This document shows positions 8,822 to 18,478 of a DNA stretch of 64,000 nucleotides, piece by piece. Below the pieces are notes generated by a model. That model did no database searches, was not told where the DNA came from, and worked only from the letters and a program-made list of their open reading frames with translations. Numbering within the stretch: the stretch's first letter is position 1; each line of letters opens with the position of its first letter. Source of the stretch: an uncultured Planctomycetales bacterium. GTDB taxonomy: Bacteria; Omnitrophota; Gorgyraeia; Zapsychrales; JAHFFX01. The position numbers were made by a program, and so were the translations under genes. The DNA lies in assembly GCA_964612665.1 (NCBI GenBank), contig CAZTCI010000002.1, positions 211,659-275,658 of the forward strand, read 5' to 3'.

Positions 8822-9289
8822 ATGAAATTAAATAAGTTCATTTTGACCCTAGGATTTTTACTGGCCGCAACTTTTAATACGTTTAAGTGGAGTTGGGCGG
8901 ACTGCCCAGAGAAAGAATGTACTGAAACAACCAGCGTTGAACCGCCAGCATCTCGGTCGATTACAGACATCCAATTTGAAGAATTTCAGCAGTGGCAAAA
9001 ACGCCTCGAGAAATGCATTATTTTTGATGTCCGTCCCAAAGAATCTTATGATGGGGGACATATTCCTGGCGCTCAATCCTGGCCGTTAAATGATATTGCC
9101 AAAGAGACGAAGGCATCGTCCGCAAGCCGCATTTTTCCTGACAAAAAAATTATTGTTTACTGCGCCAGCCGCCATTGCGGCGCCAGCCACAATGCTGCTC
9201 AAATTCTCTCTAATTTTGGTTATGAAATTTTAGATTACAAAGGTGGCATTCAGGAATGGATGGAGAAAGGTAAAGCCGTAGAAAAGTGA
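8822..9289 (+). CDS. Secreted single-domain rhodanese-like sulfurtransferase
   Basis: A signal peptide is followed by a rhodanese fold (IIFDVRPKESYDGGHIPGA) with the catalytic loop Cys in YCASRHCGAS. Confidence 0.75.
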   Translation: MKLNKFILTLGFLLAATFNTFKWSWADCPEKECTETTSVEPPASRSITDIQFEEFQQWQKRLEKCIIFDVRPKESYDGGHIPGAQSWPLNDIAKETKASSASRIFPDKKIIVYCASRHCGASHNAAQILSNFGYEILDYKGGIQEWMEKGKAVEK

Positions 9290-9414
9290 CTTTGCAATTC
9301 CAATAAGGCTCAGCTTCAAGTTGTAATCTTCACAGCTAAATGCACATGAAGCCTGCAGCTTGAGGTCTGAAACTTAAAGCATTATCAGAAAGCAATTGCT
9401 CATCGAAACACCCA

Positions 9415-12400
9415 ATGCCTAAAACAGAAACTCTATCCCCCCAAATCATTGTTGTCGAAGCTTCCGCTGGTTCAGGGAAGACTTACGCACTTTCCCGTCG
9501 GTATATTCAACTTTTACTCTCCGTAACGAATTCTTCTGATCCAACTTTATTGCGCCAAGTGCTCGCGATTACCTTCACCAATAAAGCGGCGTTTGAAATG
9601 AAAGAAAGGATTTTAGAATTTTTAAAAAAGATTGCGCTTCGTCAACTTTCCTTGAGTGAGGTCAAAAGTCTTTTAGATCCAATGGCTTTGTCCATTGAAG
9701 AAGCCAGTCGGCGCGCTTTTGGCATAATGGATGAACTCATCCATTATTATAATTTTTTTCAGGTTCAAACAATCGACAGTTTCATCAACACACTTTTGTC
9801 TGGCTGTTCGTTTAAATTGGGATTGTCGGCCACGTTTAATATAAAAAGCAGCGCGAAGGACTACCTCGAATTAAGTTTAGATCGTTTAATTGACCGGGCT
9901 TCTTATGAAAAACCGCTTCGAAAACTTTTTGATCACTTTCTGCATCAGTATTTATTTTTGGAAAACCGGACGAGCTGGTTCCCTAAAAAAGATATGTTAG
10001 TTTTAATGGCATCTTTGTTTAACCAGACCAATATGTATGGTTATAGTTTTGCCGAGAAAGAACCCAACCCGCATGAACGGCAGACGCAAACGAAAGAAAT
10101 TCTAAAATTATGCCAGGAGCTTAGGAACAATCTTCCTGAAAAAACCGACGGGCGTTTTAAAAAAAGTTTAGAAACTTTTTTAACAAAATCAACGTACGGG
10201 TTTGACATCGACAGCCTTTCAGATTACTTCGCGCGTGCTGAATTCCCACTAAGTAAAGGAAATGATTTGGCCCGGCAGACTGAAATGTTGTGGCAGCAAC
10301 TGCGCGAAAGTCTCGGACAGTTTTGCCAAACTGAAAGCCGCTCGGCTTTTGACGGTTATATTGCGATATTTCAGAAACTCAGTGAGGAATTAACCCAGCT
10401 GGCACGTAAGGAAGACATCATTTTTCTTGCGGAACTTAATAAAAAAGCCCAGAGTCTGTTTGTGGATGAAGGGTTGAACGTTGAAGAAATTTATTTTCGT
10501 TTAGCAACGCGCTTTCGTCATTATTTAATTGATGAATTTCAGGACACAAGTTTATTACAGTGGAAAAATTTTGATGCGATGGTTGAAGAAGCTTTGGCGA
10601 GTGGCGGGTCGTTATTTTATGTCGGTGATAAAAAGCAGGCGATCTATCGTTTTCGCGGTGGTGACGCGCGGCTTTTTGATACGGTGACAGAACGGTTTTC
10701 TGGTTTTAGTTCGCAATTGCAAACTTTGCAGAATAATTTTCGAAGTCAGCAAACAATTGTTAAGTTTAATAACCAAATTTTCTCGAGAGAGAACCTTGAA
10801 CGATTAATAAGTGACAAAGAAAATTATGAAATTGATAAAAAGAAAAGAAATATTATTGTGTGGAGCGATATTGAAAAAGAACAGATTTTGAATAATTTTA
10901 GCCAAGCCCAGCAGATTTATGATGCCAATAAAACAAAAGGATACGTCAAGATTGAGTATTTAGAAGCCGAGTTTAACGAAGATAAAGAACGTTTGACACG
11001 GGAAAAACTCATTGGTCTGCTGAATGATTTACAGGCGCGATTTTCTTGGGGCGATATCGCAATTTTAGCCCGGGGAAATGAGGAAGTCGCCACTATCACC
11101 GGCTGGCTTTTGGCCAAAGGGATTTCGGTTGATTCGGAGCAAACTTCGAATATTAAAGAAAATTTTCTAATAAAGGAGCTCATCACGCTTTTGAAATTCT
11201 TAGAATCGCCGATCGACAATTTAAATTTTGCTGCTTTTATTCTCGGCGACATGTTCGCCTCAGCAACGGATTGTAGCCAGGAACAAATCCGGCAATTTAT
11301 CTTTGAACACCGCCCAGAATTAACCAAAGAGAAACGATTTTATCTTTATAAAATTTTCAGAGAAAAGTTTTCAGAGATTTGGGATCAGTTTTTTGAAGAA
11401 TTCTTTAAGAATGTCGGATTGTTTCCGCTCTACGAACTTTTGGTCAGCATTTTAGGCAAATTCCGTTGCCTCGAAAATTTTCCGGAATATCAAGGATTCT
11501 TTATGCGGCTTCTGGAAGTGATTAAACTTAAAGAAGACGAGTGCGCTGATATTAATTCCTTCCTTAGCTTTTTTGACCAAGCTTCTCTCGAGGATCTTTG
11601 TGTTAAGTTAAACGACGTTGACACGGTCAAAATTTTAACGATCCATAAATCTAAAGGATTGGAATTTCCGGTCGTGATTATTCCGTTTTTGGAAATGGAT
11701 GTCAAAGTCGGCACAAGCGGCCAAGGCGAACGGCCATTCGTTGTTCAAGTGAGCAATCAACATTTAGAATTAATTCAACTGAAACCCAAGTACCGATTAT
11801 ATTCAAACCAACTTGATGAACTTTATCGGGAAGAATATCTAAAAAGTTTTCTTACTGAATTAAATAATATTTATGTGGCGTTGACTCGGGCAGCTTGCGA
11901 ATTGTATGCGTTTATACCTCGACGTAGCAGCAATAGTTACAACCTTGCCAGATTTCTTGTCCCTGATACCATGCTTGAACAAGGAAAGCCTAGCATCTAT
12001 ACACGTCCAACGAAAAAACAAAATGAAATAATGCGCAGCTTACCGATTGCTGTCCCTCAGCATTGGATTCATTTCCTTAAAGATGAATTTGTAGACTTAA
12101 AACAAATTGAGTTCAAAGAAAAATTAGCGCGTGGAGAAGTCGTTCACTTTGCACTTTCATGTTTGGGCGTTTTAAAAGAAGAGAATGTGCCCAAATCTAT
12201 CGTTCAAGCTATCGATCAGACTCGACAACAATTTCCATATTACACCTATTGGGATCAGTTATCGGTTATCCTGAAAGCAATTGTCACTAAAAAAGAATTA
12301 AAACCATTTTTCTTTGTTGCCGACGGCACAGTATTTCAAGAAAAAGAAATAGTCGATAATAATGGTATGACCTATCGTCTAGACCGTTTGATTCTGACAA

Positions 12401-12567
12401 AGGATGAAGCCTGGATCGTCGATTACAAAAGTAACCGCGAAGTGGAAAAAATTTATCAAAACCAAGTAAAAAATTATCAGCAGATAGTTAGTAAACTTTA
12501 TCCGGCATTGAAAGTGAGGGGATTTTTAATTTATTTAAGTGAATTGGATGTGGAAGAGGTTATATAA
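9415..12567 (+). CDS. addA: AddA-like ATP-dependent helicase/nuclease: UvrD/PcrA-type SF1 helicase with a C-terminal PD-(D/E)XK nuclease
   Basis: Walker A AGSGKTY and motif II DEFQDTS are present. The C-terminal nuclease motif reads RLDRLILTKDEAWIVDYKS. Confidence 0.75.
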   Translation: MPKTETLSPQIIVVEASAGSGKTYALSRRYIQLLLSVTNSSDPTLLRQVLAITFTNKAAFEMKERILEFLKKIALRQLSLSEVKSLLDPMALSIEEASRRAFGIMDELIHYYNFFQVQTIDSFINTLLSGCSFKLGLSATFNIKSSAKDYLELSLDRLIDRASYEKPLRKLFDHFLHQYLFLENRTSWFPKKDMLVLMASLFNQTNMYGYSFAEKEPNPHERQTQTKEILKLCQELRNNLPEKTDGRFKKSLETFLTKSTYGFDIDSLSDYFARAEFPLSKGNDLARQTEMLWQQLRESLGQFCQTESRSAFDGYIAIFQKLSEELTQLARKEDIIFLAELNKKAQSLFVDEGLNVEEIYFRLATRFRHYLIDEFQDTSLLQWKNFDAMVEEALASGGSLFYVGDKKQAIYRFRGGDARLFDTVTERFSGFSSQLQTLQNNFRSQQTIVKFNNQIFSRENLERLISDKENYEIDKKKRNIIVWSDIEKEQILNNFSQAQQIYDANKTKGYVKIEYLEAEFNEDKERLTREKLIGLLNDLQARFSWGDIAILARGNEEVATITGWLLAKGISVDSEQTSNIKENFLIKELITLLKFLESPIDNLNFAAFILGDMFASATDCSQEQIRQFIFEHRPELTKEKRFYLYKIFREKFSEIWDQFFEEFFKNVGLFPLYELLVSILGKFRCLENFPEYQGFFMRLLEVIKLKEDECADINSFLSFFDQASLEDLCVKLNDVDTVKILTIHKSKGLEFPVVIIPFLEMDVKVGTSGQGERPFVVQVSNQHLELIQLKPKYRLYSNQLDELYREEYLKSFLTELNNIYVALTRAACELYAFIPRRSSNSYNLARFLVPDTMLEQGKPSIYTRPTKKQNEIMRSLPIAVPQHWIHFLKDEFVDLKQIEFKEKLARGEVVHFALSCLGVLKEENVPKSIVQAIDQTRQQFPYYTYWDQLSVILKAIVTKKELKPFFFVADGTVFQEKEIVDNNGMTYRLDRLILTKDEAWIVDYKSNREVEKIYQNQVKNYQQIVSKLYPALKVRGFLIYLSELDVEEVI

Positions 12568-12570
12568 AGC

Positions 12571-15423
12571 ATGTCAGATGAACTGCGGACATATAGTTTT
12601 CAAGATCACTTTATCGAAAAACTGGTTGATTATATCAAGCAGGATTATTTTGCCCGAGACAAAGATTTAACTCGCCTTGCGGTGGTTTTTGGCGGTAAGC
12701 GTCCGGAGCTTTTTGTTAAAAAAGAGTTGAGTCGCCGTTTGGGTAAAACGTTTTTTCCGCCGGTCTTTTTTTCTATCGATGAATTTGTTGATCACGCTTT
12801 TCGTAAAACCGGTTCTTATCAAACTATCGCTGATTTAGATTTGTGTTATTTGATTTATAATCTCGCCCAGAAATTCACTCCTGCTGTCCTTAAAAATCGC
12901 GCCAATTTTGCGGCGTTTCTGCCGTGGGCTCAGGAGATTTTAGGATTTATCGAACAGGTTGACTTAGAAGATATTCCTGCCTCAGCCCTGAGTAATATTC
13001 AAATTAACGCACAAACAGGTTACGTGATTCCAAAGGACATCAATCTTCTTTTGGAAAGTCTCACCATTCTGCGTAAAAAGTTGCATCAAGTTTTAGATGA
13101 GAAAAAAGCCGCCACGCGTGGATTGAAATATCTTAAATCGTCTGAGAACGTTGCAAGCATTGCATTTGATGAGTTTGATGAAATTTTGTTTTGCAACTTT
13201 TTTTATATGCACGCAACGGAAAGAAAGATCATTAAAAGTTTATATGAACGTAAAAAAGCTAAATTATTTTTTCAAGGGAATGAAGAAGAATGGCCGGTAT
13301 TTAAAAAATTGTCAGCGGATTTAGGAACATCCATTCGAAGTGCGCCGGTTGCTGAAATCCCTCTGCGGTTTTATGCAGGATTTGATACCCATTCCCAGGT
13401 TGGATTGGTCCGCGAGATCGTTAAGGATATCAAAGCCAGTGATCCGTCGGGTAAAGCCCTTTCTAAGACAGTGATCGTATTGCCGGAGCCAGAACATGTC
13501 ATTGCGCTGGTTTCAGAAATCAGTTCGGTCATTGATAATTTTAATATTTCAATGGGTTATCCGTTAAAGCGCAGTTCTTTTTATTCACTTTTTGATTTTA
13601 TTTTTATGGCCCAGCTGTCGCGTAAAAATGATTTGTATTACGCCCGCGATTACTTGCGTGTCCTGCGGCATCCGTTTGTTAAAAATTTAGAACTAGGCGT
13701 GTCGGCAACTGTCATGCGTGTTTTAATTCATAAGATGGAAGAGATCTTGACGGGCCAGGAAAAAACAACGCTGTCCGGAAGTTTATTTTTTAAATTGACG
13801 GACATGATTAACCAGAGAGACCTCTATGAACTTTCTCAGACAACACTTCAAGCAATGGGCTTTCAAATCCGTTTTGAAGATTTAAAAACTCTTATTACTA
13901 AACTGCATGATATTCTTTTTTATCAATGGGAAAATGTTAAACATTTTAGAGATTTCGCTGACGTGCTGGAAAAATTCTTGGATGTTTTCATTGAACACAG
14001 TTTTCTGGAAGCTTATCCGTTAAACTTAAAAATTGCTCAGCGTATTTATGCTTTTCAAGAAGAATTTAAAGGCGCAAGTTTTCATGCCGAAGCTTTTTCA
14101 TTAGAGGAACTTTTTAAGATTTTCCGACGGCGCATTGAAAATGAAATGGTGGCCTTCCACGGGTCACCGCTTAAAGGATTGCAAATTTTGGGTTTGTTTG
14201 AAACGCGTTCGCTTAATTTCGATCACGTTATCATCTGTGATGTGAACGAAGGGGTTTTGCCGAAGCTTAAAGTTTATGAACCGCTGATCCCCCGTGAGGT
14301 CATGATTGGTTTGGGCTTGAATCGTTTGGAAGAAGAGGAAGAGATTCAGCGTTACCAATTCCGGCGGTTGATTGGTGGCGCTAAGGAAGTTCATTTAGTT
14401 TATGAAGAAAGCCGCGATAAAGAAAAGAGCCGTTTCATCGAGGAGCTTTTGTGGGAAAAACAAAAATCCCAGCAAAAGATCAATGTTGTGCCGGTCATCC
14501 GACCGCGGTTTCAGGTCAAAGTTATTCCTAAAAAAACAATCGTGCCCAAGACATCAGCGGTCTTGGAATTTTTGAGAGATTTTCGTTATTCCGCATCATC
14601 GATAAATACATATACACGTTGTCCGCTGCGTTTTTATTACAATTATGTTTTGGGGTTAAGTGAAAAAGAAGATTTAACCGACGAGCCGGAAAACCGCGAG
14701 GTCGGAAATTTCATTCACAATTTGCTTGAGGAAATGTTTAAACCTAAAGTAGGCGCGCCGCCAGGCGTTGATACGGCGTTTCGCAGCCGCTTTTTAAAAC
14801 GCTTAAAAGAAAGATTTGAAGCGGAGATCAGCAAAACCATGAAGTCCGATGCGTTTTTGTTGAAAGAAATCTTGGATGTGCGTTTAAAGAATTTTTTGGA
14901 CCGTGAAGAGCAAGCCAAAGATTTACGCGACGTTAAAGAAGTTGTTGCGATCGAAGAACGTTTTGTAGATCAAATGGCTTTGGCTGGCACGATGATTAAA
15001 TTCGTTTATAAAGTAGATCGCATTGATCGACTTAAGGATGACAGTCTGCTTATTTTAGATTATAAAACAGGCAGCAACGATCCGATGCCCAAAAGTGTTG
15101 ACCGGATTGCCACCATTAATTTGTCACGCGAAAATATTAAGACCATGGTTAAGTCGTTTCAGATTCCGCTTTATTTTTACTATTTCCATAAACGTTTTCC
15201 CGAAAATAAATTAAACGCGGCTTTTTACAATCTGCGCACTTTAAAACTTGATCCATTCATTGATGATAAAACCGCTTGGTCTATTGATCAAATTAACGAG
15301 GCTTTTCTGCGGGCGTTGGATTTTATTATGCAAGAAATTCTGAACCCCGCGGTTGATTTCAAACCGGATGATTCCGACAATCGCTATTGTGCTGTCTGTC
15401 CGTATTATTACGCCTGTCGATAG
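12571..15423 (+). CDS. addB: AddB-like helicase-nuclease subunit: degenerate helicase-like N-terminus with a C-terminal PD-(D/E)XK nuclease flanked by an Fe-S Cys cluster
   Basis: The nuclease motif is DRIDRL...LILDYKTG. Cysteines at RCPLRF and CAVCPYYYACR match the AddB-type 4Cys iron-staple. The gene follows addA after a 3-nt gap. Confidence 0.7.
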   Translation: MSDELRTYSFQDHFIEKLVDYIKQDYFARDKDLTRLAVVFGGKRPELFVKKELSRRLGKTFFPPVFFSIDEFVDHAFRKTGSYQTIADLDLCYLIYNLAQKFTPAVLKNRANFAAFLPWAQEILGFIEQVDLEDIPASALSNIQINAQTGYVIPKDINLLLESLTILRKKLHQVLDEKKAATRGLKYLKSSENVASIAFDEFDEILFCNFFYMHATERKIIKSLYERKKAKLFFQGNEEEWPVFKKLSADLGTSIRSAPVAEIPLRFYAGFDTHSQVGLVREIVKDIKASDPSGKALSKTVIVLPEPEHVIALVSEISSVIDNFNISMGYPLKRSSFYSLFDFIFMAQLSRKNDLYYARDYLRVLRHPFVKNLELGVSATVMRVLIHKMEEILTGQEKTTLSGSLFFKLTDMINQRDLYELSQTTLQAMGFQIRFEDLKTLITKLHDILFYQWENVKHFRDFADVLEKFLDVFIEHSFLEAYPLNLKIAQRIYAFQEEFKGASFHAEAFSLEELFKIFRRRIENEMVAFHGSPLKGLQILGLFETRSLNFDHVIICDVNEGVLPKLKVYEPLIPREVMIGLGLNRLEEEEEIQRYQFRRLIGGAKEVHLVYEESRDKEKSRFIEELLWEKQKSQQKINVVPVIRPRFQVKVIPKKTIVPKTSAVLEFLRDFRYSASSINTYTRCPLRFYYNYVLGLSEKEDLTDEPENREVGNFIHNLLEEMFKPKVGAPPGVDTAFRSRFLKRLKERFEAEISKTMKSDAFLLKEILDVRLKNFLDREEQAKDLRDVKEVVAIEERFVDQMALAGTMIKFVYKVDRIDRLKDDSLLILDYKTGSNDPMPKSVDRIATINLSRENIKTMVKSFQIPLYFYYFHKRFPENKLNAAFYNLRTLKLDPFIDDKTAWSIDQINEAFLRALDFIMQEILNPAVDFKPDDSDNRYCAVCPYYYACR

Positions 15424-15498
15424 AGTAAAAAAAAGTTGAATGCTTATTGCATTAACTAATTGCCAACGATACAATGAATTGCGTTTAAAGGAGGGCAC

Positions 15499-15756
15499 AT
15501 GAATAACATGAATAAAAAATACGCTGACTTACTCAAAGATAAAGAGGTCATTGAAGAAATTAACCGCCACAAATGGTTTGAGAGTGAAAAAGCCGGTCAT
15601 GATATCGGATTTGAAAAAGCTGCTGAAGACTGGCTGAATCGTTTTGCCGCTACTTGGGTCGCTCATCATTCACCACAAAAAAAATCCGAACCAAAAAAAG
15701 AAACCGCCAAGTCAGATGCCCCCAAAACCCGTCGAGCTAGATCCTATATTCTATAA
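15499..15756 (+). CDS. Small conserved hypothetical protein with a helical N-terminal part and a Lys/Arg-rich tail
   Basis: The 85-aa product has the motif HKWFESEKAGHDIGFEKAAEDWL and a basic, likely disordered C-terminus. I do not recognise the family. Confidence 0.5.
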   Translation: MNNMNKKYADLLKDKEVIEEINRHKWFESEKAGHDIGFEKAAEDWLNRFAATWVAHHSPQKKSEPKKETAKSDAPKTRRARSYIL

Positions 15757-15765
15757 GGGAATGCC

Positions 15766-16509
15766 GTGCAGGAATTTAAAGCCCTTCATTCACTACCACT
15801 AGAAGTCCAACAAAAATTTAAGCCGTACGCTCAAAAATTAATCGAAGTCCACCAGGATGAGGTTATTTCAATATTTATTTACGGACCGGCGACTGGGCCG
15901 GACTTTGTCTCTCGGAAATCGCATATCAATTCCGGAATCATTTTAAAATCAATTGATTTCCTTACCCTTAAAAAAAGTTTGCCCATCATTGCCCAAGGAC
16001 TGCGTCATAAAATTGCCGCGCCGTTATTTCTGACTGTCGAATTGCTTAACTCATCACTAGATGTTTTTCCGACAGAGTATCTGGATATCAAAGAAAATCA
16101 TCAGCTCGTTTACGGAGAAGACGTGATGTCTTCGCTCGTGATTCAAACTGAAAATATCCGGCTTTTTTGTGAACAGCAGATTAAAGGAAAACTTATTCGT
16201 ATCCGCGAAGCTTATCTTGAAGTTGGTCTGCAGCCGCGCGGCATGGAAGCCTTGCTGGAGGATTCTTTAAACGCTTTAATGCCTGCTTTTAGAAGTCTCT
16301 TGCGGATAAAAAATAAAAAACCTTCGAACAATAACGTAACGTTACTTGAACAATTCTGCGAAGAATTTCATCTTAACAAAGAAGCTTTGCTGCCCATTCA
16401 TCATCACGTTTCACGCCAAAAACGACTTTTTCCCGCCCAGTTCGAACCGTTGTTGTCATCTTTTCTCAGCGAATTAGAAAAAATTTCAGATATCGTTGAC
16501 CGCTTATGA
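15766..16509 (+). CDS. Hypothetical protein, possibly a degenerate nucleotidyltransferase-fold protein
   Basis: The run IFIYGPATGPDFVSRKSHINSGIIL resembles a minimal-NTase motif (hG[GS]x9-13Dh[DE]h) but with SHIN in place of the catalytic acidic pair. The remainder is helical. Confidence 0.35.
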   Translation: MQEFKALHSLPLEVQQKFKPYAQKLIEVHQDEVISIFIYGPATGPDFVSRKSHINSGIILKSIDFLTLKKSLPIIAQGLRHKIAAPLFLTVELLNSSLDVFPTEYLDIKENHQLVYGEDVMSSLVIQTENIRLFCEQQIKGKLIRIREAYLEVGLQPRGMEALLEDSLNALMPAFRSLLRIKNKKPSNNNVTLLEQFCEEFHLNKEALLPIHHHVSRQKRLFPAQFEPLLSSFLSELEKISDIVDRL

Positions 16510-17270
16510 AAATAAGACGCCTGTTTTTTATGATAGCCGCTTTGTGTCTCGGGCTTGGATTAAACCGTTTGTCCGCCGAGGAACCTGTTTATCCTGCGTC
16601 ACCCGAAGGTTATGTGAATGATTATGTTCATTTATTGACGCCGGCGGACAGCAGTGAGATTGAAAATTTAATTACCGAACTTCATCAGAAAACAACAGCT
16701 GAGGTTGCTGTTGTAACAGTTCAAACAACCCAGCCGCTTACGATAGAACAATACGCGGTTAAACTTTTTGAAAAATGGGGCATTGGGCAAAAAGGAAAAG
16801 ACAACGGCGTTTTATTTTTGGTTGCCTATCAAGACCGGAAACTTAGAATTGAAACCGGATATGGATTAGAAGGCGCGTTGCCCGATGCGATTTGTAGCCG
16901 GATCATCGAAACAATGGCGGTGCCTGCTTTTAAGGAGAATGATTATTCCCGGGGCATTAAAGACGCGGCTGTTGCTATTGTCAGTTTGGTGGCGAAAGAA
17001 TATAATGTCACCGTCACTGGACAGGAAAATCAGATCACTGAAAGCCTTAGTCAGAAGACTAATCCTTTTGGTGAATTTGTTTTTATCATTTTTATTTTTT
17101 TAATATTTTATTTTTTTGTGATGCGTTTTCCCATATATTACGGCGGCGGAGGTGGCTATTGGTATGGCGGCGGTTCCGGCGGGGGATTTGGAGGAAGTAT
17201 TGGAGGCGGAGGGTTTGGCGGTTTTGGCGGAGGATCGAGCGGCGGTGGCGGATCGTCGGGGAGTTGGTGA
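16506..17270 (+). CDS. TPM-domain (YgcG/TLP18.3/MOLO-1) membrane protein with a Gly-rich C-terminal tail
   Basis: A signal peptide is followed by a TPM core (YVNDYVHLLTPADSSEIENLITELHQKTTAEVAVVTV...KDNGVLFLVAYQDRKLRIETGYGLEG). A TM helix and a GGGGYWYGGGSGGGFGG... tail complete it. Confidence 0.8.
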   Translation: MKIRRLFFMIAALCLGLGLNRLSAEEPVYPASPEGYVNDYVHLLTPADSSEIENLITELHQKTTAEVAVVTVQTTQPLTIEQYAVKLFEKWGIGQKGKDNGVLFLVAYQDRKLRIETGYGLEGALPDAICSRIIETMAVPAFKENDYSRGIKDAAVAIVSLVAKEYNVTVTGQENQITESLSQKTNPFGEFVFIIFIFLIFYFFVMRFPIYYGGGGGYWYGGGSGGGFGGSIGGGGFGGFGGGSSGGGGSSGSW

Positions 17271-17294
17271 ATTTTGGTTTTGAAAGGAGAAGTT

Positions 17295-17816
17295 ATGAAA
17301 CGTTTATTGGTTTTTTTATTTTTAATTGCCATGATGGGTGGACATTGTTTTGCGCAAACAACAAGTGTTGATTCAACTAAAGATCAAAATTTTTGGGAAA
17401 GAGAGATTGATTCTAACGCTGAATGGGGAAAATGGCTTAAAAGCTTTATTAAACCCTATTGGGATAATCTTTCAGAAGCAACGGGAAATTATAGAAATTT
17501 TCTTTCTTCAATAATAACTGAAAAAGATGATATGAAAAATTTATTGCCAGAACAAATTATTGAGAAGATGCATGAGAGGGAGATGAATTATTGTAAAGTA
17601 CTGCAAAGCATCACTCCTCCCTCAGAGCTGGCGGCTTATCATGATAAAATTTTAACGCTTTGTTTTGAAGCAACCAAAGACTCCACTCAAAAGGAAACAT
17701 TTGAGTTATTAAGTAATAAGTTAGGTAAGGAAGCACATCAAGAATTGGAACGGATCTTTACAAAGCATAATGTTCCTCAGAAAATAATCGATAAGTTTAC
17801 AAAAAAATCAGAATAG
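17295..17816 (+). CDS. Secreted, mostly helical hypothetical protein. The start is reassigned to the ATG at 17295, which has an AAAGGAGA RBS.
   Basis: The signal peptide is MKRLLVFLFLIAMMGGHCFAQ. There are no recognisable catalytic motifs. Confidence 0.5.
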   Translation: MKRLLVFLFLIAMMGGHCFAQTTSVDSTKDQNFWEREIDSNAEWGKWLKSFIKPYWDNLSEATGNYRNFLSSIITEKDDMKNLLPEQIIEKMHEREMNYCKVLQSITPPSELAAYHDKILTLCFEATKDSTQKETFELLSNKLGKEAHQELERIFTKHNVPQKIIDKFTKKSE

Positions 17817-17846
17817 AAAAATGATTTAATATGGAAGGAGATTTCG

Positions 17847-18410
17847 ATGAAAAATATAGGAATATTTTTGATCGGGCTTATTGTGATTGCCTTGGCGGTT
17901 TTTGGATGGTATCGCGCCGGCTACGACCGCGCCGTCGGTCTTGATGAACAAGTGAAGTCCAGCTGGGCGCAAGTTGAAAACCAGCTGCAGCGGCGTAATG
18001 ATCTTATTCCTAATTTAGTTAATACCGTCAAGGGTTTCGCGGCCCAAGAAAAATCCATCCTAACCGAAGTCACCCGCCTGCGCAGTCAGTGGGGTGAGGC
18101 CAAATCGATCAACGATAAAATCGATACCGCGAACCAATTAAGCGGCGCGCTATCCCGGTTGCTCATGGTTTCTGAAAGTTATCCTACCTTAAAATCCAAT
18201 GAAAATTTTTTAGCGTTACAAAGCCAGCTCGAAGGCACCGAAAACCGGATCGCGGTTGAGCGCATGCGTTATAACGACAGTGTTCAACGGTTAAACGCGT
18301 TTCGGCGTTCTTTCTTCGGGCGGATTTTCGTTTCCTCGGCGGGCGTGAGCGAACCGGTTTATTTCAAAGCGCCAGAAACTGCCCAAAAAGTTCCCGTTGT
18401 GCAATTCTAA
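17847..18410 (+). CDS. lemA: LemA-family protein
   Basis: An N-terminal TM helix is followed by the LemA signature (WAQVENQLQRRNDLIPNLV...ESYPTLKSNENFLALQSQLEGTENRIAVERMRYN). Confidence 0.85.
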   Translation: MKNIGIFLIGLIVIALAVFGWYRAGYDRAVGLDEQVKSSWAQVENQLQRRNDLIPNLVNTVKGFAAQEKSILTEVTRLRSQWGEAKSINDKIDTANQLSGALSRLLMVSESYPTLKSNENFLALQSQLEGTENRIAVERMRYNDSVQRLNAFRRSFFGRIFVSSAGVSEPVYFKAPETAQKVPVVQF

Positions 18411-18478
18411 TGAAGATTCAAATGTGAAACCATAGTTGCTTTTGCATCAATGACATTTCGATTTAAAAGGAGTTTGGT

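Noticed and set aside
9415-15423. UvrD-like helicase plus large nuclease pair as a novel anti-phage defence system (Gabija or Hachiman-like)
   Set aside because: The motif layout fits AddAB: a UvrD helicase with a C-terminal PD-(D/E)XK, then a partner with a PD-(D/E)XK and an AddB-type 4-Cys Fe-S staple. This is most simply housekeeping double-strand-break resection.
15766-16509. Active minimal nucleotidyltransferase or HEPN-MNT toxin-antitoxin pair with the preceding 85-aa protein
   Set aside because: The NTase-like motif lacks the catalytic acidic residues (SHIN instead of [DE]h[DE]), and I could not identify an Rx4-6H HEPN motif in either protein. It is kept only as a low-confidence note inside the LemA/TPM cluster finding.
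17130-17270. GGC/GGA-rich low-complexity DNA as a possible microsatellite or collagen-like gene
   Set aside because: It is in frame and encodes the Gly-rich C-terminal tail of the TPM/YgcG protein, a common feature of that family.
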